From Stegostoma tigrinum (taxonomy: Eukaryota), in NCBI RefSeq assembly GCF_030684315.1, contig NC_081396.1, positions 4,092,001 to 4,156,000 of the forward strand: 64,000 nt of DNA. Direction: 5' to 3'. Numbering within the stretch: position 1 is the stretch's first letter; every line of letters begins with the position of its first letter. Positions 50,801 to 63,749 of the stretch are shown one piece after another. The position numbers and the translations under genes are program-made. A model generated the notes under the pieces. It was not told where the DNA came from, searched no databases, and was given only the letters and a program-made list of their open reading frames with translations.

Positions 50801-52807
50801 CTTGTACAGCTACATTATGCATGATACGTGTACTATGAGTACATCCCACGCCGAAGGGCCAATGATGTGTGTGGCAGGATAGTTTATGTTATTTTGATCT
50901 GTCTTTAACCCTGTTTGTTTTGCTTTGTTTGACAAATATTCAACAACAGTCAAGATATACAGGCTCAGTGATTACATTCTAGAAATAATGCAATCACACC
51001 AAGGTGGGAAAGTGAAGATCTATGGACGATGTTATGGCGAGATTTACCACGAGAAAATGAACGTGAAGAACCTGGATTGTCCTTCTAAAACATGAAACTC
51101 GGGTCAGTATGAAAGTAGCGTATAATAATTCTCAAATGGCCAGCATAGAGCAAACGTTACTTGTTATGCCAGAAGAATTGGAAACAGAGGTATTTATTCT
51201 TCCGATGGAGATTGCTGTTCCTCTCAATGACATCATGTTTAAACATTTAATCGTCACTTCCACAGTTCTGCCTTGTGCTCACTTGCGTTGATTCCATTAC
51301 CAATTCAAAATCCGCCCTTTTCGCCTTTGAAAATACAAAACAAATCACCCATGACAGTTTTCTGCAAAAAAGAATTCCACAGATTCACAACATTTTGTGA
51401 GAAGAAATTATCGTCTGCCTTAAATTTGTGAACTATTATTCAGAAACCGTACCCTTTGCTCCTCAACTCTCTCACAATTGGAAATAATATTTCTTAAACC
51501 ATAAAGTTCCTGAAAAATAATACATCTTTCAATGTGTCGCGATTCAATATTTTACATTCCATTGAGAATAGCTGTGAAATATTCAACCATTGCTCAAAAG
51601 ACAGACAGTAATCCTTGGGATCATTCTCCTGAATCATATGTCGATTATCTCACGTTCCACTGCATCTTCTCTTTGATGCAAGTCCCAAAGCAGCTCCAAG
51701 CATTCCATCTGTCGTGAGAGTTATGCTTGTGTAGTTTTAACCGGTATATAGATTCATAGAATCGTTCTGTATGGAGAAAACCTTTCAGTCTAACTTATTT
51801 GCACCGACTAGAGAACCAATCTACCTTGGTCCCACTTGTGAGCTTTTGGATCACATTCCTCTACATTGTTCACGTTCATATACCCATCCAGGTTCATTGC
51901 AAATGTTATAATTCTATACAGCTACACCACTTCTTCTGGCAGCCTGTTCCATACACGCAGCACCACGACGTGAAAATAAAGTTACCAAGGAGACCCTTTT
52001 TAAACATTTCCCTTCCCACCTAAATACAATTATCTCCAGTCTTGTACTCACACACGCCAAAAGAAGACCTTGTCTATTGAAATGAGCAAAGTCCCTTGTG
52101 ATTTTATAAATATCAATATGTTCATCTCTCAGCCTTCGATGTGGCAGGAGAAAGCCTATTCAGCCCCTGCATACAGCGAAACGCCCGAGTTCCAGCACCA
52201 TCCTTGTGAATCGTACCTTCATTCTCTCAAATTTACAAAACCCCACCTATATAATTGCGACTAAAATTGTGTGAAGTGTTCCAAAATTGGCCACATGAAC
52301 ATCCTACGTCGCTGCAACAAGGCATCATAACTCCAATACTCAAAGTTGTGACCAATTAAGCCAAATGTGCCAAACGTCTTCTTCACCTCACAGCATAGAA
52401 ACACATTTGACCGTCCGATCATTCCATGGCAACCACAAACGCAATGTAAACACGTCCCGACCCTCGGCCCATATCCGTCCAATGTTTTACTCACTTTCTC
52501 AAGGAAATGTTTCCAAATGTTTTAATTGTACTTGTACTGGCCACTTCCTCTGGAAGTTCATTCCACAAATGAACTGATCTCTTTGTAAAAGAACAAGTCG
52601 TTTCATTTCTACATGTTTCCCCTCTAACCATAAAAATATGGAAAATGGTCTTAAAACACACAAATCGAAGGGAAGGTATACTATTTGACTTATATATACC
52701 GTCCATGATTTATCTAAAAAAATGAGCTCTCAAACATCTACATTCGAGACATAAAAGACACAATTTATTCAGCTCCTCCCTGTATCAAATATCAAAATCT
52801 GCAGTTC

Positions 52808-53420
52808 CGGAACTTAAGATAACTTTGGCGAATTTTTTTAAGGAGAATACAGAGTGATTTTACAAATGCATTCAGGAAAACAGATAAACTGGTGAGATAT
52901 TAGGACGCGTTAATGATTTGCAAGGCCACCTATGTGTGGAGTGACAGGCGATGGGTTTGAAAAAGGTTGCCAAGTTTGGAGGGTTTTATCTGCAGTGTCA
53001 GGCTGAATGGGCTGGGACTATGTTCAGTGGTGCATCGGAGGCTGAGGGGTGAACTTACAAAAGTTTGTAAAATCATGAGGGACAATGGTAAGGTGAATAG
53101 CCAAAATCTTTCCCCCGGTTTTGGAGTGTCAAAACCCAAAATACGTAAGCTGAGGTTGGGAGATCAAAGATTTGGAAGACACCAAAGAGAAAACTATTTC
53201 CCACAGAAGTGGTGCATGTACAGAATGAACTACCAGAGGAAGTGATGGATGTTGATGTCATTGTATCATTTAAAATGCATCTGTATGGGGATATAATAAG
53301 GAGGTTTTAGATGGATCTACACCAAATCCCGGCAGTGAGACTAGTTTAATTTAGAATATTCTATCGGCACAGACAAATTGGACTGAAGGGTTTGTTTCTG
53401 TGTTGTTCTTTTCTTTCACT
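52808..53420 (+). mobile_element. Decayed CR1 fragment, paralog of 46050-47850 with ~1.2-kb internal deletion
   Basis: Same start (gaactt.agata.ctttggc.aat), then jumps to the 3' region (RRLRGELTKVCKIM). Confidence 0.7.
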
Positions 53421-53789
53421 CCGTAGTTTTATACAATCCCTCCCTCGAACTCAAATCTTCCATGAAATCATTTCTGCACTCTCTCCAGTTTGATAATATC
53501 CTTCCTATAGTCGGGCATCCAGAACTGGAGACAGTCCGGCAGAAGAACCCTCACCAACCTCCCACAGAAACTCAATATGAATTCGCAACTCCGACATTCA
53601 GCAGTCTGAGAATTATAGTCACACATGCTTAATGCCTTCTTACCCACTCCAACAACATGTGAAACAAACTTCAAAGAACTGGTCTCTCTGTACTAAAATA
53701 GAACATAGAACATAGAACAGTACAGCACAGAACAGGCCCTTCAGCCCACAATGTTGTGCCGACCATTGATCCACATGCATGCACCCTGA

Positions 53790-56560
53790 AATTTCTGTGA
53801 CCATATGCATGTCCAGCAGTCCCTTAAATGACGCCAATGACCTTGCTTCCACAACTGCTGCTGGCAACGTATTCCATGCTCTCACAACTCTCTGTGTAAA
53901 GAACCCGCCTCTGACATCCCCTCTATACTTTCCTCCAACCAGCTTAAAACTATGACCCCTCGTGTTAGCCATTTCTGCCCTGGGAAATAGTCTCTGTCTA
54001 TCAACTCTATCTCTACCTCTCATTATCTTGTATACCTCAATTAGGTCCCCTCTCCTCCTCCTTTTCTCCAATGAAAAAAATCCGAGCTCAGTCAACCTCT
54101 CTTCATTAGATAAGCCCTCCAGTCCAGGCAGCATCCTGGTAAACCTCCTCTGAACCCTCTCCAAAGCATCCACATCTTTCCTACAAGAGGGCGACCAGAA
54201 CTGGACGCAGTATTCCAAGTGTGGTCGAACCAAAGTTTTATAGAGCTGCAACAAGATCTCACGACTCAAACTCAATCCCCCTGTTAATGATAGCCAAAAC
54301 ACCATACGCTTTCTTAACAACCCTGTCCACTTGGGTGGCGATTTTAAGGAATCTATAATATCTGCACACCAAGATCCCTCTGTTCCTGCACACTGCCAAG
54401 AATCATATCCTTAATCCTGTACTCAGCTTTCAAATTCGACTTTCCAAAATGCATCACCTCGCATTTATCCAGGTTGAACTCCATCTGCCACCTCTCAGCC
54501 CTTCTCTGCATCCTGTCAATGTCCTGCTGCAGCCTACAACAGCCCTCTATACTATCAACGACACCTCCAACCTTTGTGTCGTCTGCAAACTTGCTGACCC
54601 ATCCTTCAATCCCTTCATCCAAGTCATTAATAAAAATTACAAACAGTAGAGGCCCAAGGACAGAGGCCTGTGGAACACCACTCACCACTGACTTCCAGGC
54701 AGAATATTTTCCTTCTACTACCACACGCTGCCTTCTGCTGGCTGGCCAATTCTGTATCCAGACAGCTAAGTTCCCCCGTATCCCATTCCTCGTGACCTTT
54801 TGAATGAGCCTACCATGGGGAACCTTATCAAATGCCTTACTGATGCCCATATACACCACATCCTCAACTCGACCCTCATCAACTTTTCTAGTCACATCCT
54901 CAAAGAACTCGAAAAGGTTTGAGAGGCATGACCTGCCCCTCACAAAGCCGTGTTGACTGCATTTGATCAAGCCATGCTCTTCCAGATGGTCATAAATCCT
55001 ATCACTCAGAATCCTTTCTAACACCTTGCAGACGACAGACGTGAGACCTACTGGTCTGTAGTTGCTGGGGATTTCCCTATTTCCTTTCTTGAAGAGAGGA
55101 ATTACATTTGCCTCTCTCCAGTCCTCAGGTATGACTCCAATGGAGAGCGAGGATGCAAAGATCCTCGCAAGTGGCGAAGCAATTGCATTTCTCGCTTCCC
55201 AAAGCAGCCGAGGACAAATCTCGTCCGGGCCTGGCCACTTGTCAATCTTAATGTTTGACAAAATTTTCAGCACTTCAGCTTCCTCTATCTCTATCCATTC
55301 CAGCATGCACACCTGCTCTTCAAAGGTTTCATTCACTACAACGTTCGGTTCTTTCGTAAAGACAGAAGCAAAAATCTCATTTAGGGCTTCCCCTACCTCC
55401 TCAGACTCCACACACAAGTTCCCTATGCTATCCCTGATCGGCCCTAATCTTTCTTTGACCATTCTCTTATTCCTCACATAAGTGTAAAATGCGTTTGTGT
55501 TCTCCCTAATCCGTTCTGCCAAGCCTTTCTCGTGCCCGCTCCTGGCTCTGCTCAGACCATTTTTGAGCTCCTTCCTTGCCTGCGTGTAATCCTCTCCAGC
55601 TGAACTTGACCCTAGCTTCCTCCACCTTATGTACGCTACCTTCTTCCTTTTCACAAGAAGCTACGCCGCTCTCGTCATCCAAGGTTCCTTTATCTTACCC
55701 CTTCTTGCCTTTGTCAGAGGGACATATTTACTCATCACTCGCAACAACTGTTCCTTAAACAGCCTCCACATGTCTATAGTGCCCTTACCATGGTACAATT
55801 GCTCCCAGCCCATGCTTCCTAACTCATGTCTAATCGCGTCATAGTTTCCTCTTCCCCAATTAAATATCCTCCCATTTTGCCTAATCCTCTCCTTCTCCAT
55901 AGCTATGTAGAATGTGAGGCAGTTATGGTCACTATCACCAAAATGCTCTCCCACCACAAGATCTGATACCTGTCCCGGCTCGTTTCCGAGCACCAAGTCT
56001 AGAATGGCCTCTCCCCTCGTCGGCCTTCAACGTACTGAGTTACAAAACCCTCCTGAACACACCTTACAAAAACAGCTCCATTCTCATCTTCTGCTCGAAG
56101 GAGGTTACAATCAATATGAGGAAAGTTAAAGTCACCCATTAAAACAACCCTAATACGTCCACACTTTTCCAAAATCTGTCGACCTATGCTTTCTTCAATC
56201 TCCCCGCTGCTATTGCGGGGCCTGCAGTAAACCCCTAACGAGGTGACTACTCCCTTGCTGTTCCTAATTTCCACCCATACTGACCCAGTAGGCAGATCTT
56301 CCTCGACAATGGAAGCTTCTGTAGCTGTGATACCATATGATTAATAGTGCTACACGCCCTCCTCTTCCCCCCCGCCCCCCGCCAATTCTCTTATAAATGT
56401 CCTAAACCCTGGAACATCCAGCAACCATTCCTGCCCATGAGAAACCCATGTCTCTGTTATGGCCACAATATCATAGCACCAGGTACTGATCCATGCTCTC
56501 AGTTCATCATTTTTATTCCTGATACTCCTTGCGTTAAAGCAAACACACTTTAACCGATCC
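53790..56560 (-). pseudogene. CR1 ORF2 (endonuclease + reverse transcriptase), a few stops and frameshifts
   Basis: Collinear ORF pieces 56350-56793, 55999-56274, 55661-55996, 54353-55654 and 53640-54320. Confidence 0.92.
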
Positions 56561-56689
56561 CTTGGTTCCTTCCCAGGAAAATCCTTCCCACTAGCTGGTC
56601 TACCTCTTGCTACTGCCTCACCTGCATCAACTCTCACCACCGGTATACAGCTCAGGTTCCCCCCTCCCTGCCACACTTGTTTAAACCCG

Positions 56690-57613
56690 CTCCAACTACT
56701 CGAGAAAACCTTCCACCCAGGACATTTGACCCCTTCCAGTTCAGATGCAACCCATCCTTGTACAGGTCCCATCTTCCCCAGAAGGCATCCCAATAATCTA
56801 CATATCCGAAGCCCTCCCTCCTACATCAGCTGCATAGCCACGTGTTAAGCTGCGCCCGCTCCCTGTTCCTCGCCTCACTATCTCGTGGCACCCGAATTAA
56901 ACTGGAGAACACTACTCTGTTCGTCCTGCTTTGCAGCTTCCATCCTAACTCCTTGTAATCACTTTTTATATCCTCAATCCTATTTCTGGCTACATCATTA
57001 GTGCCAATATGTAACACGATTTCTGGCTGTTTGCCCTCCCCTTTTAGAACCTTAGACACCCGATCAGAGACGTCCCAGACCCTGGCACCAGGGAGGCAAC
57101 ATACCTTCCGGGAATCCCGATCCTGACCACAAAATCTCCTGTCGATTCCCCTAACTATCGAGTCCCCTAACACGAGTACTTTTCTATTCTGCCCCCTTCC
57201 CTTCTTTGCCTCAGTGTCAGGTTCTGTGCCAGAGAACGGACTACTGTGGCTTTCCTCCGGTAGGTCATCCCCCCCAGCAGTGTCCAAAACGGTATACTTA
57301 TTGCTGAGGGGAATGCCCACAGGGGATCTCTGCACTGTCCGTCTGTCCCCTTTCCTCCCCCTAACTGTAACACATCTATCCTTGTCCTGAGCCTTAGGAG
57401 TGACCAACTCCCGGTAACTCCTCTCAATTACCCCCTCTGCCTCCGGAATGATCCGTACTTCAACCAGCTCCAGCTCCATTTCCCTAACACGGTTTTCAAG
57501 GAGCTGTAATTGGGTGCACTTCCCCAGATGTAGCCAGCGGAGACGTGTGCCATGTCTCCCAACTGCCACATTCTGCAGGAGAAGCAATCAACTGCCCTAG
57601 CATCCATACCCAA
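56690..57613 (-). pseudogene. CR1 ORF1 (Cys-rich/coiled-coil N-terminus + SGNH esterase), disrupted
   Basis: CFSCRMW..GKCTQLQLLENRVREMELEL; VLGDSIVRG, CCLPGARV, LHIGTND. One frameshift and a premature stop at 56826. Confidence 0.88.
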
Positions 57614-57806
57614 CTTATCTGAACACCCACTCAGTAGTAAAGTAGAAAGCTTACTTCAAGTTGCTTTAAAATTAATAACAAACTTATATTCAATAGAGAA
57701 AGTTTAGAATGAACCTTGCCTTATTAACTAGGTTAGAGGACGAGGGCGGGTGGGAGACACTAAAGTTGTAGAGTCTCTGGTGTAGCCGCCTTGCTGATAT
57801 ATATGA

Positions 57807-58205
57807 TCACTGCTGTCCTTCGCGGCTCCCCCTCTGGTCCTCGTCACTTCCTCCGCCGCTCCCGCTCCTTCTGTGAAAGAGAAAAACACCGCTGCCCGCT
57901 ACCGGTAAGTAATTTTTAAAATAAGCTGCTTTACCTTAGCTGCAGTCTTCCAGGTCCATCTTACCTCTGCTGCTGCTCGCACTCAAAATGGCCGTTGGCG
58001 TCGAAGGGTGAGTATTTATACTCACTGTTTTCCTTCCCGGCTGCCCCTCTGGTCCTCGTCATTTCCTCCGCTGCTCCCGCTCCTTCTGTGAAAGAGAAAA
58101 ACACCGCTGCCTGCTACTGGTAAGTAATTTAAAAAATAAACTGCTTTTCCTTCGCTGCAGTCTTCCGGGTCCGTCTTACCTCCGCTGCTGCTCGCACTCA
58201 AAATG
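57807..58205. repeat. 215-bp tandem monomers (~1.85 copies) in the CR1 5'UTR, CpG-rich
   Basis: tcactg...cccctctggtcctcgtca...gaaagagaaaaacaccgctgcc...gctcgcactcaaaatg recurs at 57807 and 58022. Confidence 0.92.
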
Positions 58206-58277
58206 ATACATAAATGCTACATAAAGCACCATTTTCACTGTAAAAAAAAGGACTAAGTGTTTTTTAGCAAAACACTG

Positions 58278-60226
58278 GACCTCGCATTAAAAAAATGCAC
58301 AGTACAGCATAGTAAATCCCCTTCGGCCCATGATGTTGTGGTGACCTATTAAGCCACTAAGATCAATCTACTGTACATATCCTACATTTTACTCTCCTGT
58401 ATGGATCTATCCATGAGTTACTCAAAAGTTTCCAAAGTTCCTGACTCCACTACCACTGCCAGAGGAATATTCAACATGCCCAACACTCGCCGTGTGAAGA
58501 AAATACCTCTGGTGTCTTCCCTAGCTTCTGTCAATCGCCTTAAAATTATGCCACCTTATCATAGTTATTTCTTCACTGACGAAATAAAATGTCCCTGAGT
58601 ATCCACTCCATCTCTGCATCCCATCATCCTGTACACCCCTGTCAAGTCACCTCTCATCCTTCTTTGCTAAAATGAAAAAAGCCGTATTTCTTTCAACTTT
58701 TCATCATAGGATCTGTCCTCCAGTCCTCGGAGCATCCTGTTAAAACTTCTCAGTACCGTCTGTCAAGATTCCACATCTTTCCTGTCTGGTGTTGACCAGA
58801 ACTGAATACAATATTGCAAGTGTGGTCCAAACAGAGTTTCATAGATCTGCAGCATAACTTAATGTTTCTTAAACTCAAGACCCACTACCAATGAGAGCCA
58901 ACATGTCACATGCCTTCTTTACAGCCGTGTCGACTCTATAGCAACTTTGAAGGATCCATGGAAGTGAACCCAAGATCCCTCTGTTCCACCACACAGCTGA
59001 AAATCCTGTCATTATGCCTGCATTCTGCATTTAAATTTTACTTTCCAAAAATAATCAGTTCACATTTTACTGGGTTGAATGCCATCTACCACTTCTTTAT
59101 CCAACTTTGCATTCTGCCAATGTCCTGTTGCAATCTATGACTGCCGTCCATGCTGTCCACAACTCCACCAAACTTCGTGTCATCGGCAAACTTATAAACC
59201 CACCCTTCAATTTCCTCCTCAAAGTCATTTGTAAAGATCATAAAGAGCAGATCTCCCAGAACAGATCGCATGGGAGATCCACTAGTCACAAAGGTCCAGG
59301 CTGAATAATTTCCATGTACATTATCACCTGTCTTCGATTCAGAAGCCAGTTTGGTATCCATACAGCCAAATACCCCTGAATCCCCTGTCTCCTTGCTTTC
59401 TGAATGAGCCTACCATATTGAATATTGACAAATGCCCTGCTAAAATCCATATGCAACACATCTATTGCTCTAACACCATCTATGTGTTTTTTCACAACCA
59501 CAAAGAATTCACTAAGGTTTGTGAGGCATGTTGTGCCCCTCACAAATCCATGGTGACCATTTGTAGTCAAACTGTGATTTTCCAAATAGTCATAAATACT
59601 GTCTCTCAGACTATTCTCCAATAAATTGTCTACCAAAGAAGGAAGGCTTACTGGTCTGTCATTTCCAGGGTTATCTCTATTCCCTTTCTTGAGGCAAGGA
59701 ATGACATTTGCTATCCTCGAGTCCTCTCGTACTACTCCAGTGGGCGGGTAGGATGCGAAGATCATTGTCAAAAGGGCAGAACTCGCTTCCCTCTCTTGCT
59801 GTTATAACTTTGGTTATATCTCTTCTGACCCAGGAGACTTACCTGGCCTGATGTTTTTTGCTTCAAAAATGCTAGCACATCCCGTTGCCTCACATCAAAC
59901 TATTCGAGCAGAAATGCTGTCCTCACCAACGTCAAGGGTCCGTTCAGTTGTGAATACTGAAGCAAAGTACTCATTAAGACCCCCCCACCCCGCTACCTCC
60001 TGGAACTGCATGCACAAGTTCCCTTCATGATTCCTGAATGCCCCTATCCTCACTCTGGCGATCTTCTTGTTACTCATACCAAAAGAAGCCTTGTTGTTTT
60101 CATTGATTCTACTGGTGAATGTTTTCTTGTGCATGCTTGAAGCTCTCATGGGTGCACTCTTCAATTCCATCCTGGCTACCTTGTAGACTTCAAGAGCACT
60201 CTCCGACCCTTGCTTCCTAAACTTTA
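58278..60226 (-). mobile_element. 5'-truncated, older CR1 LINE (RT to 3' end)
   Basis: NDRPVSL, HHGFVRG, DFSRAF, YKFADDTKFGG in ORF fragments 59086-59771. Confidence 0.9.
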
Positions 60227-60559
60227 AGTAATTTATCTATTTAAAGTCCATTTGCTGTGACTCAGTCCACCGACGCAAACAATCAAGATATTTTATTAAT
60301 ATTGTGTAATTTTATTCCCTGTCAACTGTAACACAAATTTTGATGTCAACAACAACATACTAACCATGCCTTCGATATTTTGTTTAAATATTTTAAATAA
60401 ATGATGAACAAAAGCTGACTGCGCACTGAAACCTGTTGGACACCATTGGTAATAGACTTCCATTCCGAAAGAAAAACCTTCATTGAAGGGTCTCGGATGG
60501 AAACATCAGCCTTCCTGCTCCTCTGATGCTACTTGGCCAGCTGTGCTCATCCAGCCATT

Positions 60560-62170
60560 AAGTGAATTTTGTATCAAATTCCAAGTTCAGCCTGAATCTG
60601 TAACATAACCAGTAAGTCTACCAAGCGGAAACTTGTCAATGTCGAAGTAAACAATATTTACAGCTCTGTCCCTATCATTGATTTTGGCCAAATCCACAAT
60701 GAACTGGAACAATATTGTGAGACAAGATTTCCCATTCAAATGACACGCTGAGTATTTCTAACCAGTTCTTGCTTTTCCAGATGTATGTAAATCCTGTCTC
60801 TCTGAACCAAAAACTCACCACTGTCATAAGCCTCACCAGTCTGTAGTTCCCTAGTTTTTTTCCATCGAGCCTTTCCTATTTAAATAATAGCACCACATTA
60901 GACAAACTCTAGGCATCCTGCACCTCACCTTTGGCTATCTCTGGGACAAACCTCAGTAAGGGGCCCAGAAACCTCTTCCCTTGGTTCCCATAAATTTCGA
61001 GTCAGCATCTTATCACTTACCAAGTTTCCTAGTTCTGTAGTTTCCACTCCCCTCTCCGCAGTAAAGTCCGACACAATACATTCTTGTGGAACCTCACCCA
61101 TCTCCTATGGTTCCACACATGGACAGCTGCGTTGACCTTTAAGACTCTCTGTTTTCTGCCTAGCTGCTGTTTTTCCATTAATGTCATCATAGGAACACTT
61201 AGATTCTCATTAACTCCATTTACTAAACTGCCTCATGTCCACCTTTATCCTCCGGAGATGCACCTGAAGTACACTTCTCCTGTGATTATACTCTTATCAA
61301 TATAAAATGTACAATATTTCTTCTCCATTTGGTACAACCACATATAGAACAAGAACGTTTTCTTGTACACAGTGTCAAATTCGTCCACATCCAAGCACGC
61401 GTATGTGTGGCAGTCCCATTCTGTGTTTGGAAAGTTAAAACCTTGTACCATTATCCTAATTATATCCTTACAGATCCTAATAATATCCTTACAGATATCT
61501 GAGATTAACTGACAGATATGATTCTGATTTTCCCGCATGCTGTTGCGAGGACTCTAGGACAAATCCAACAAGGTGATCATCCTTCTCTCATTTAAAATTC
61601 GACCCATATTACTTCAGTGGCCAGCATAACAGCAATATCTCCAATTTGAACAGCTGTAACGTTCTCAAAAAAATAAATGTGGAACTATCCCTCCTCTCTT
61701 GCTTTCCGTTGTCTCCTTCCTAAAGCTCTACCCCTGCAACATCAACTGCCAGTATTGTCCATTTCTGACTCAGGTTTTTCTAATTGTCATCTTCCCAAAC
61801 ATACCAGAAGTTCATCTGTATTATCTGTCAGTCCAGTCGCTTACAAATAACTATGGGTTATTTATTAGTCTTCCCTCGTTTCTGTCAATCTCTTGTCAGT
61901 ATTGATTGATAGATTTGCATTATATTACCTACTGCATTGGTCACAGCCTTACCTTTTTTCCTTACTTTTGCTTTGGTTCCCACCACTGCCATAACTTTCC
62001 CCTGATGAATTTAAATCCTCAGATGTAGCGTAAGCATATTCCCCCTCACGGATATTGGTCTTCTTCCAACTCGGTTGGAACCCATCTCTCTTATATAGGT
62101 CACTTGTTCCACTGAAGTGATCCCAAATGGTCCAAAAAGGTAAATCTTCTCCATGCAAGACACTGTCATC
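60560..62170 (-). mobile_element. Highly decayed CR1 LINE (ORF1 end, endonuclease, RT start)
   Basis: DLYKRDGFQ (ORF1 end) and QGFNFPNTEWD (endonuclease GDFNFP block) remnants. Confidence 0.7.
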
Positions 62171-63749
62171 CACACAGCCATGTGCTCTTTTCTTCTGTTA
62201 CTATTCTCAAAATTTACATTAGACATGAACTAAAACCCAACAGTAATTTCGCCTTCCTTATTAATGATTATTAAATTAAAAGTTAGACTTTCTTGTGATT
62301 TAAGTACGAGGACTCGCAAATATATTGTGTGGATTTCTGATTCATTTTCTATTCAAATAATGTTTAGACATCTTGTTTTTCACTCAAACTGCATAATCTC
62401 GCTTTTTCCATCTATTCTCAGTTATTTCATCTATTTTGCATTAGCATGAGACGTTTCATTTTTTGCTGACTCTCTTGTGCCATCTACATCCCTCGGCAAA
62501 CTTTTTTGTGTCGTATTCACCATTTCTCTTTTCTAATATTTTTGTTTCATTTGCAAACTTACCGACAGCACATCGACTTTTCTCATCTCAGCCATTATTG
62601 TATCTTTCAAATATTTGTGCACCCAGCACTGATTCCTATGATGCTACATTAGTTAGAGGTTGACAACTTATACAAAAATTCTTCATGGAAAAATCTTACA
62701 ACTCTGATTTTGGCAACCTTCTGTCCACAATACTGAACTGCCTCCAAAGGCACGCTCTCTTATCTGATTAAGTTATCTTACGTGTGGTACCTTATCCGAC
62801 GTCTTCAGAAAATCTCAACACATTGCAAGCAGTGGTCATTCCTTATATTGCATTTTACTTTATCAAATGTTTCTTCGTAATTTATCTGGCATGATTTCAC
62901 TTTAATAAAACTGCTTTCTGTCCTCATAATTATCCTGTGTAATTTTAACCGCACAGTTGTTAAATTCCTAAGGTAGACGCCATCATTTTCCAATAAATGA
63001 TGTTAAACAAAAATGGCCTTACTCAACCTTTATGCAACTTTCAGTTTTTTTTTAAATAAAGGAGTTAGCCAATCTTCAGATACCTTTCCGAAATGTAACG
63101 ATTGCTGGAATGTTAAAACTATTACATCCAGCACGGCTTTCATTATTTCTTTTTTTTTCTATTCTCGATTCGATCTCATTAGTTACAATGTATTTAGTCA
63201 TATTTAGTCCTAATAATTTATCTACTCTTTTTTCCCAGTGAAAGTTACTGTATTACATTCCTGGCCTTTTCTTTTGACCTTCCATATTTAGTTATTTTGG
63301 AATGTTACTGGAAGGCAGATGTGCAGTATTTATTCAACTCGTCTGTCTCAATGCATTTCGCAAATATTCGTTCCCCCGCTACATTCATGACGGGGTATGT
63401 TCAATTTGGCCTTTCTTTTCCTTTCTACATATTAAAGAAAGCTTCTGCTGTCCGTTTTAATATTACCTGTAATTTTACATTCAAAGTTTACCATTCACGC
63501 CTCATTAATTTGTGTTTGCTTTTTGTTAGTTTTTTAAAACTTCCCAAATACTCTGGTGCCAATAATATTTACGATATTTCATGTTATATCTTTTTATTCA
63601 ATTTGTTACTGTCTTTAACTTCCCCACTTAACCATTATAACTTGTCTCCTTCCTATAATCCTTCATTACCTGAACCAACATATCGAGTTGCCAGTTTGGA
63701 TCCACAACATACTGTTTGAGGAATCTTTCCCACCGATGGCCATCGTGGA

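Larger units (their letters stand above)
42085..53510. repeat. Ancient tandem segmental duplication: ~42085-47940 vs ~49145-53510
   Basis: Collinear anchors at 42382/49405, 42760/49798, 43261/50291, 44416/51371, 46052/52810 and 47920/53494; the same nested TE fragments occur in both copies. Confidence 0.88.
53698..58205 (-). mobile_element. Near-full-length, relatively young CR1-clade LINE (5'UTR, ORF1, ORF2, (TATGTTC)n tail)
   Basis: ORF1 esterase, APE endonuclease (CFNARSIRNK, AITETW, MGDFNFP, SDH), RT (NYRPVGLTS, QHGF, KAFDKVPH, SKFADDTK), and a short tandem 3' repeat at 53698-53718. Confidence 0.95.
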
